This document shows, piece by piece, positions 58,378-64,000 of a stretch of DNA of 64,000 nt. The translations under genes were made by a program, and so were the position numbers. Under the pieces are notes generated by a model that was given only the letters and a program-made list of their open reading frames with translations, was not told the DNA's origin and did not search any database. Position 1 is the first letter of the stretch. Each line of letters starts with the position of its first letter. The DNA is from a virus (taxonomy: Duplodnaviria > Caudoviricetes). The stretch lies in IMG/VR virus record IMGVR_UViG_3300036546_000172, positions 32,001 through 96,000 of that record; one strand, given 5' to 3'.

Positions 58378-58656
58378 ATGAATTCACATTTGAGTTTACT
58401 CGGATGCCGAGCAAGAGATAAAGTAACAGGTATCGAAGGTGTGGTAACTACTGTATCATTTGATTTGTACGGTTGCATTCAAGCAGTACTGACTCAGAAG
58501 GCAGATGAGAAAGGTGAGTATAAGATGTCACCGTGGTTTGATGTTACACGCCTTGACATCGTTGACCATAACCCGGTTATGACACAGCCGAACTTTGAAC
58601 TGGGATATGTTGCAGAAGGTAAGAAGGGAGCTGCAGAAAAACCTCAGCCTATGTGA
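58378..58656 (+). CDS. Hypothetical phage protein (SH3-like)
   Basis: LLG...RDKVTG..GVVT...FDLYGC.Q...WFD..RL. Confidence 0.65.
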   Translation: MNSHLSLLGCRARDKVTGIEGVVTTVSFDLYGCIQAVLTQKADEKGEYKMSPWFDVTRLDIVDHNPVMTQPNFELGYVAEGKKGAAEKPQPM

Positions 58657-58673
58657 TGTTAAATCGACAGTTA

Positions 58674-58864
58674 GATAAATAGAAAGGTATAAACAAGGAA
58701 CCAATGATGAACACTCAAAACACCATCGATGCGTCCAATATGCATCCCGGATATAGTAATTCGATGGCTCTCTGTGGCTATAAGCCAGGATACAGAGAAC
58801 GAGGGTTTTGAGCTGATATTGCAGTCATAGTTCATCAAACCCTCCAGTTGGAGGGTTTCTTTTT
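58674..58864 (+). promoter_or_regulatory. Late promoter, leader ORF and attenuator-like alternative hairpins
   Basis: GATAAATA 58674-58681; ORF 58704-58811; terminator AAACCCTCC-AGTT-GGAGGGTTT-CTTTTT 58837-58864; competing GAGGGTTT at 58801-58808. Confidence 0.7.
58704..58811 (+). CDS. Putative 35-aa leader peptide
   Basis: RBS AAGGA 58695-58699; MMNTQNTIDASNMHPGYSNSMALCGYKPGYRERGF*. Confidence 0.55.
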   Translation: MMNTQNTIDASNMHPGYSNSMALCGYKPGYRERGF

Positions 58865-58892
58865 ATACTCGGATAAGGTACAATGAGTTTTC

Positions 58893-58978
58893 GGGTAAGC
58901 GGTGAAGTTGGAGAGTCACACCAGATTGTAACCCTGGCGCCATGTGCTGAGTAGGTCCGAATCCTACCTTACCCACCA
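58893..58978 (+). tRNA. tRNA-Tyr(GTA), degenerate
   Basis: Cloverleaf with CCA, but C at position 8, T-loop GTCCGAA and an A31-C39 mismatch. Confidence 0.7.
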
Positions 58979-58985
58979 ATAACAG

Positions 58986-59014
58986 TTGCACAACATCACA
59001 GGACATCATATAAT
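58986..59014 (+). promoter_or_regulatory. Sigma70-type promoter
   Basis: TTGCAC-17 bp-TATAAT. Confidence 0.75.
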
Positions 59015-59051
59015 ATTTGTAAGTTAAGATGACCTAGAGAAGGAATCAGAG

Positions 59052-59537
59052 ATGAACGCAACTACCTATATCATGAGCAAGCTGGATGAAGTTTTCGCGC
59101 CAATGGATGCAAAAGTACTGGAAGCTTCAAAGAAGTGGGGCGTTGAGCGTTTTGAGGCGATCAAAGAGCTGAGAGCTTCAGGAGAACTGAACGGTTTGAA
59201 CTCAGCTGAGAAATATGATCGTCTCTACGCGGTAGCTGGTGGTAAGACTTGGTACAATATCTTCAACGGTCGTAATGCTAAAATGATCGAAGAGATCATG
59301 GAAAAGAATTGCAAGATGACCGCTGAGAAGCGGAATGCTAAGATTGCAAGTAAGTTGGAGAAGGCTGGCGTTACAGAGGTGCTCAGCTCTGACTTCAGCG
59401 ACACACACGATGGATTCAACGGCTACTTCGGCGTCGAAACCAACAAAGGTAAGAAGACAGTAGAAGTAGAAACAATTTATGCAGGTGGATACAACATTCA
59501 ATGCCTGCATCTGAGAGTACTGGTGAGGGTCAAATGA
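59052..59537 (+). CDS. Hypothetical phage protein inserted in the tRNA array
   Basis: 161 aa, C-terminal TI.AGGYNIQCLH.R.L; own promoter and RBS. Confidence 0.7.
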   Translation: MNATTYIMSKLDEVFAPMDAKVLEASKKWGVERFEAIKELRASGELNGLNSAEKYDRLYAVAGGKTWYNIFNGRNAKMIEEIMEKNCKMTAEKRNAKIASKLEKAGVTEVLSSDFSDTHDGFNGYFGVETNKGKKTVEVETIYAGGYNIQCLHLRVLVRVK

Positions 59538-59546
59538 CCCTCCTTT

Positions 59547-59623
59547 CGGAGCTTAGCTCAGCTTGGTAGAGCATCCGGTTTGGGACCGGAAGGTCGAAGG
59601 TTCAAGTCCTTCAGCTCCGACCA
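59547..59623 (+). tRNA. tRNA-Pro(TGG)
   Basis: Canonical cloverleaf, loop TT-TGG-GA, CCA. Confidence 0.92.
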
Positions 59624-59630
59624 TTTTTAT

Positions 59631-59718
59631 TCCCAGGTAGACAAACTGGTAAAGTCGCCGGACTGTTAATCCGGTTTCCGAAAGGATATTGTAGGTTCGA
59701 AGCCTACCCTGGGAGCCA
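59631..59718 (+). tRNA. tRNA-Asn(GTT) with long variable arm
   Basis: TCCCAGG/CCTGGGA acceptor, G73, loop CT-GTT-AA, CCA. Confidence 0.88.
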
Positions 59719-59724
59719 GACAAC

Positions 59725-59813
59725 AGAGAGTGATTCCAGCTGGTGCTGGAGACCGCCTGCTAAGCGGTTCGCCTGATTCATCGGGTGTGGTTCAATTCCA
59801 CCGCTCTCTGCCA
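59725..59813 (+). tRNA. tRNA-Ser(GCT)
   Basis: Loop CT-GCT-AA, long variable arm, G73, CCA. Confidence 0.82.
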
Positions 59814-59814
59814 T

Positions 59815-59913
59815 GGAGAGGTAAGCCGAAAGATCCGGGGTAGCGGCAACGGTCGTGAAAACCGAGGGTTTACGAAAGTAGACGTCAGGGTTCGAATCCC
59901 TGTCTCTCCGCCA
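59815..59913 (+). tRNA. tRNA-Ser(TGA), atypical G33
   Basis: GGAGAGG/TCTCTCC acceptor, long variable arm, loop CG-TGA-AA, G73, CCA. Confidence 0.78.
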
Positions 59914-59919
59914 TATTGT

Positions 59920-59998
59920 GGTGAAGGTGGCCGATATTGGTTAAGGCGCAAGGTTGTGACCCTTGTATATGCGAGTTCGATTCTCGTCCTTCACACCA
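59920..59998 (+). tRNA. tRNA-His(GTG)
   Basis: Loop TT-GTG-AC, G-1 present, A73, CCA. Confidence 0.85.
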
Positions 59999-60003
59999 CT
60001 TAT

Positions 60004-60081
60004 AGGGGCGTAGCTCAGCGGTTTAGCAGCAACCGGCTTTTAACCGGTAGGTCGTGAGTTCGAATCTCACCGCCCCTACCA
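60004..60081 (+). tRNA. tRNA-Lys(TTT)
   Basis: Loop CT-TTT-AA, CCA. Confidence 0.9.
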
Positions 60082-60082
60082 T

Positions 60083-60156
60083 GACGAGTTGGCCGAATGA
60101 CCAGGCGACGAGCTGCAACCTCGTTCATGTGAGTTTGAATCTCACACTCGTCTCCA
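60083..60156 (+). tRNA. tRNA-Cys(GCA)
   Basis: Loop CT-GCA-AC, U73, CCA; T-loop TTTGAAT. Confidence 0.82.
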
Positions 60157-60294
60157 ACATTGATGGTCTTTCGAAATGAATAGTAGTTATCACATATAAA
60201 TGACGCTACAATGTATTTCGAAAGTTAAGAACACCGCCGGACTGGCCCATCCGGGTACTGGTAGGGATTGAAGTTCCTAGGGCCACGCTCTTTA

Positions 60295-60679
60295 ACAAAC
60301 ATCATTGAGGTAGTCTCTAGGTGAGTTAACGGCCATTGACTCATTGAGGATTGGCGGAATAAAGTCGGAGGTCTTGGGCTTAACGCACGTTCAAAGAGGT
60401 GGTTCTCGGTCATCTATCAAATGGTAGATGACGCAGTCTGAAAAGGCTTGAACGGTTCCTTGCATACACTACAGGCTACAGACCCTACTCTGTTAAGCAT
60501 GTCAACAGTTCTCTCACCCTCATGCATGACTTGAAGATATTCTTCATAGTCGATGTCTGGCAACAGATGAGACAACAGATGACCAATCTAAGTCAGTCAG
60601 AGTCAACAAAGAGAGATGCAGGGGTGTTGGTAATAAGCTAGTCCAGCATTCTCACAGAGACTACCTCAATGATGTTTGT
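60295..60679 (+). ncRNA. Unassigned ~385-nt highly structured RNA
   Basis: Perfect 24-bp terminal helix, many internal helices, GAAA and GCAA tetraloops on the + strand. Confidence 0.75.
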
Positions 60680-60684
60680 ATTAG

Positions 60685-60762
60685 TGCAGGGTGGACTGGA
60701 GATGGTTCCAGCTCGGTCTCATAAGCCGAATGACGGGGGTTCGAATCCCTCCCCTGCTTCCA
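60685..60762 (+). tRNA. tRNA-Met(CAT), initiator-like
   Basis: Unpaired 1:72, TCGGT/GCCGA anticodon stem, loop CT-CAT-AA, CCA. Confidence 0.82.
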
Positions 60763-60840
60763 TATAATCGAAAACCTGGTGCGGTGTGATGATACATCTA
60801 CTACAGGGTACCGAGGATGGTAGTTCACTCGGATCTTTTA

Positions 60841-60916
60841 GCCCGGTTAGCACAATTGGGAGTGCAATCGCCTTGTAAGCGATAGGTTGTAGGTTCGAGT
60901 CCTACACTGGGCACCA
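60841..60916 (+). tRNA. tRNA-Thr(TGT)
   Basis: Loop CT-TGT-AA, CCA. Confidence 0.92.
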
Positions 60917-60952
60917 TATCTGCATTTGATAAATACAAATAAATGCAGGTGA
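60917..60952 (+). promoter_or_regulatory. Late promoter inside an RBS-sequestering hairpin
   Basis: TATCTGCATTT / AAATGCAGGTG arms with GATAAATA (60928-60935) between them. Confidence 0.65.
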
Positions 60953-60955
60953 TCT

Positions 60956-61807
60956 ATGTTTAAAGTAACTCTTCCTTCTAACGATGACTTCTACTGTCTG
61001 TGTAATCTGACTGGGTTACCACTTGGTCAATCTCTCATCATCACCAACAATACCAACTCACAAATCAGAGTCAATCGAGTATCGGTTAAGCCAGAAGATC
61101 CTCTATTAGGATTCCCAGTATGGCCTGGTCAGACTATTCTAGTTCATGGTAATGAAGAGCAACCGGTCTGGACCAGAGGTAATACCAACGGCTACATTCT
61201 GGTACAAACTCTGACTGAAACCATGATGCCCCTAACCGGAGTAGAGTTTCCACAGGACATCGTGACATCAGGCATTGAGGGTTTTCGCAGACTTCAAGTC
61301 GATACAGGACAGACCGGATTCTTCGAAGGTCGTGAGTTTCGTTTTCTGCGTAAGATAAGATCCGGCATTACTTTCAAGTTCGTATCGGCTGTAGATTTCG
61401 TGTTGTATGAACAGGTGTTCGGTATCTCTTCAGGAGCTTACGAGTTTCATGCCTGGCGTGTAGATAATGTAGAAGAGACGGCGTCCTTTGGTACTGATCT
61501 GTCACAACACATCATTAACAAAAACGCCTCTGGCGAATACCGAGATTATAATGGAGATAGATATCAAACTCAGGTAAGCATATCATCAGGAGGAACGCTG
61601 GCTATTAACGATGTTGAATTATATACTGACTATGCTGAAATGAGAACGGCAGGTTCTACAGCACAACGAGCGAGTGTGAATCAAGGCGGTAACACACAGC
61701 GATATCTACCAGCAGGTACGTATTACCTATCGTTTACTGTTCTTGATGCACTAGTTCGCGGTACGTATCAAATTGGATGGGAAGAAAGACCATCGGGAGT
61801 GAAATAG
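60956..61807 (+). CDS. Hypothetical late (probably virion) protein
   Basis: 283 aa, beta-rich, preceded by a late promoter. Confidence 0.65.
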   Translation: MFKVTLPSNDDFYCLCNLTGLPLGQSLIITNNTNSQIRVNRVSVKPEDPLLGFPVWPGQTILVHGNEEQPVWTRGNTNGYILVQTLTETMMPLTGVEFPQDIVTSGIEGFRRLQVDTGQTGFFEGREFRFLRKIRSGITFKFVSAVDFVLYEQVFGISSGAYEFHAWRVDNVEETASFGTDLSQHIINKNASGEYRDYNGDRYQTQVSISSGGTLAINDVELYTDYAEMRTAGSTAQRASVNQGGNTQRYLPAGTYYLSFTVLDALVRGTYQIGWEERPSGVK

Positions 61808-62454
61808 TGACACATGCATTAGTGAATAAAGTGAAATTAATTGATGATCGAGACATGGTGATTCGTGCATCTATCGACGGTCAGTTTGAAGCAGATACCT
61901 TCAAGTTCGTTGATCATCATATGCCTGTAGGTGGTCTGTTTATGGATATCGGCGCGTATTCTGGTATCTACTCACTGTACGTGGCTCAGTTCAAAGATGC
62001 AGTAGCTTATGGATTTGAGCCTAACCCATTATTGTTTGAGCGTTTCAATCAGAACATTGAACTGAATGGATTGAGATCTAACATTCAACCGCTCAACTTC
62101 GGATTATCAAACAAACAACAGAAAGCCTCGTTGTACGTCAATCCAAACACACACCTGACATCCGCTGGCAGTCTATCACCAGAACGCGGTAAGACCTCTG
62201 TATTCGAAGTAGATATAGAGGTGTATGATGACATGCCGTTCTCCGTGCTGTCTATTGACATGGTCAAGATAGACGTTGAGGGTCACGAGTCTCAGGTGAT
62301 TGAGGGAATGATTTACACGCTTAAACGTGATCATCCAATTGTCATTGTAGAGTGCTTAGATGAGCAGGCGGTGAAGCAATGTGATGATCTTCTACTACCT
62401 CTTGGATATGAAAGGACTGGTTGTCTCGATGACAGAAACTACACGTACCAATAA
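61807..62454 (+). CDS. FkbM-family SAM methyltransferase
   Basis: DIGA..G.YS, FEPNP, N..LN, KIDVEGHE. Confidence 0.88.
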   Translation: MTHALVNKVKLIDDRDMVIRASIDGQFEADTFKFVDHHMPVGGLFMDIGAYSGIYSLYVAQFKDAVAYGFEPNPLLFERFNQNIELNGLRSNIQPLNFGLSNKQQKASLYVNPNTHLTSAGSLSPERGKTSVFEVDIEVYDDMPFSVLSIDMVKIDVEGHESQVIEGMIYTLKRDHPIVIVECLDEQAVKQCDDLLLPLGYERTGCLDDRNYTYQ

Positions 62455-62671
62455 CATCACGGTAGGTGTCCTATGGGCATCTTCATATAATGATTTTGAG
62501 CGAGCGACCATCATTGAGCACTGGCTTGGCGTCGACAGAGACGACATAATGGACATAGTAAATGAGTACATAGAAGGAAGAGAGGATGTGTTTTATTGGG
62601 TACACATCTTTGATGGAGAACCAACATCGGTTAAGCCGAGTCTTGTAACGATAAGTGAAGGAGAGTCATAA
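62429..62671 (+). CDS. Hypothetical protein (start uncertain)
   Basis: ORF coupled to the next gene by TAATG. Confidence 0.45.
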   Translation: MTETTRTNNITVGVLWASSYNDFERATIIEHWLGVDRDDIMDIVNEYIEGREDVFYWVHIFDGEPTSVKPSLVTISEGES

Positions 62672-63075
62672 TGGCAGGTAATAAAGGTCGCGGTCAGAAG
62701 GCAGCGAAGAAGCAGTATTACAGCTCGTACAACTATGAAAAGAACCGCAAACTTCGTCTTGAGCGTCATCTGAGCAAGCACCCTGAAGATGCTCAGGCAA
62801 AAGCTGCGCTCAAGAACATCCATCATCGCGGACCTCGTCCGTCTACTAACAAGATGGGATGGGTAGATCGCTCCATGACCATCCAGGGTGGATACACCGA
62901 TAAGAAAGATGATTACAGTCTGGTATTTGCTAATGTCAGTGGGTCAGCTGAAGCTAAAGCACTGGCACAAATGGCTGCACATGTTCGCAAAGTCGAGCGC
63001 ATGAAGCAGCATGGAGTAGACTTCTTGAACGAAAAGCCCAAGAAGAAGTCTAAGAAATACGGCATGCCTCAGTGA
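62671..63075 (+). CDS. Basic hypothetical protein
   Basis: K/R-rich, KN....LERH...HP.D.QA..AL; RBS GGAG. Confidence 0.65.
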   Translation: MAGNKGRGQKAAKKQYYSSYNYEKNRKLRLERHLSKHPEDAQAKAALKNIHHRGPRPSTNKMGWVDRSMTIQGGYTDKKDDYSLVFANVSGSAEAKALAQMAAHVRKVERMKQHGVDFLNEKPKKKSKKYGMPQ

Positions 63076-63083
63076 GATAACGT

Positions 63084-63332
63084 ATGAGATGGATTGTACT
63101 GATATTAGCGTCCGTCGGAGTGTACCTGTCTGCATTGGCAGGTATCACTTTTTTCCTAACCTTAATATTTTCAATGGGATCGTATTTCATCTACGGTGAA
63201 TGGATCTGGCTCTGGGAGATGAGATCCACGCCAGGTCTCATGGTTCTCATCCTATGCGTCGGGATCTCTAATTACCTGATTGAAGACTACATCAAATGTG
63301 AATGCGGTATCGATGAGCATAAGGATAAATAG
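63084..63332 (+). CDS. Small membrane protein
   Basis: Two hydrophobic helices. Confidence 0.5.
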   Translation: MRWIVLILASVGVYLSALAGITFFLTLIFSMGSYFIYGEWIWLWEMRSTPGLMVLILCVGISNYLIEDYIKCECGIDEHKDK

Positions 63333-63353
63333 AAGCATCATTCACTAAAGGAT

Positions 63354-63656
63354 ATGAACATGCTATCATTCAAAGAACATCAGATGCTGTCAGAGATGGT
63401 GCAGTCTATGGACGCTCAATTCACAGACGATATCATTGACAAGGCTGAGTACTATGACATTGAAGAAGATGAGATCACTCTTCAAACCACCGTCACAATC
63501 TATGACGCTAACGGTGGTGTACTGACTACGGTCACTGTAGAAGATTATGACATGGCTGAGACCTACCTTGAAGATATGTTTGATCTTGAGCCTTACGAGC
63601 CTTCTGATGCCAATGATGAAGCTGCTGCATCTAATTCTCGTTACGGCCATGCTTAA
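63354..63656 (+). CDS. Acidic late protein with capsid-targeting-like N-terminus
   Basis: GATAAATA at 63324-63331; MLSFKEHQMLSE. Confidence 0.6.
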   Translation: MNMLSFKEHQMLSEMVQSMDAQFTDDIIDKAEYYDIEEDEITLQTTVTIYDANGGVLTTVTVEDYDMAETYLEDMFDLEPYEPSDANDEAAASNSRYGHA

Positions 63657-63659
63657 GAG

Positions 63660-63710
63660 TTGATCTCCATCTCCATTCAATCTATTATATTATGGTAGAT
63701 TGAATGGAGA
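63660..63710 (+). promoter_or_regulatory. Sigma70-type promoter overlapping a 15-bp RBS-sequestering hairpin
   Basis: TTGATC-17 bp-TATTAT; arms TCTCCATTCAATCTA / TAGATTGAATGGAGA. Confidence 0.65.
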
Positions 63711-63716
63711 CACATC

Positions 63717-64000
63717 ATGATAGACAAGCAATACATTGTTAACCTCCTGAAGACCAATGACAAGGCTGTAGCTCGCGCGTTGGTTGTGCTCACCGAACGT
63801 CAAACACCTCAAGAACAAGCTAATCAAACCACAGTTGTTGAAAACGGCGAAGGCTTTCGCCCGTGTCATGCGCGGATGGGAACCTCTATGGCTGAGTTCT
63901 ATAAAAACCGCGGCTTTCTCACGGAGAAGCAGATAAACTACTGGCGTCATACTCAGAAAGACGGTAAAATGCGCATTGAAGTATACGCCAATCAGTTGCT
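63717..64000 (+). CDS. Hypothetical phage protein, 5' part (runs off window end)
   Basis: MIDKQYIVNLLKTNDKAVARAL...RQT..EQ...NG.GF...LTEKQ; RBS GGAG. Confidence 0.7.
   Translation, partial: MIDKQYIVNLLKTNDKAVARALVVLTERQTPQEQANQTTVVENGEGFRPCHARMGTSMAEFYKNRGFLTEKQINYWRHTQKDGKMRIEVYANQL

Noticed and set aside
57697-60413. Short ORFs across the tRNA region (57915-58163, 57992-58207, 58217-58414, 59785-60057, 60225-60413)
   Set aside because: Translations of tRNA or structured-RNA sequence
60295-60679. tmRNA, RNase P RNA, group I intron or retron msr-msd
   Set aside because: No tRNA-like ends, no GAGGAAAGUCC or ACAGAA..CGGCUUA motifs, P7-like strands in the wrong order, and no reverse transcriptase in the window; a divergent member cannot be excluded without a covariance search

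Overview
64 kb of a T4-like myovirus genome. An LPS-modifying gene and an acidic proteome suggest a Gram-negative, possibly marine or saline host (inference). Layout: 1-31 kb is the late morphogenesis block (gp48-53-27-5-25-6-7, a swapped-in tailspike, gp8, VrlC/DUF4815-like protein, PagL-like and lysis genes, gp13-21, internal head proteins, gp22-23, a GIY-YIG endonuclease). 32-54 kb holds replication, recombination and transcription genes (uvsY, gp3, uvsW, RNase HI, gp55, gp47/46, gp45/44/62, regA, Pif1-like helicase), a GC-rich island of shuffled small genes and an RNA-repair operon. 54-64 kb is accessory: glycosyltransferase-like genes, a tRNA array and several structured RNAs. Most notable observations: (1) a 35-codon leader ORF with complete 1:2 / 2:3 / 3:4 attenuator pairing ahead of the main tRNA array, a candidate translation-stress sensor; (2) a tRNA-Arg(UCU)-like RNA with its anticodon buried in a hairpin and its acceptor end sealed; (3) an unassigned ~385-nt structured RNA closed by a perfect 24-bp helix; (4) uvsW fractured by a split intein with an HNH gene between the halves; (5) a PagL-like lipid A deacylase next to the endolysin; (6) a capsid-targeted polyprotein of four ~66-aa units separated by prohead-protease sites. 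All calls come from reading the sequence by eye; no searches or folding programs were run.
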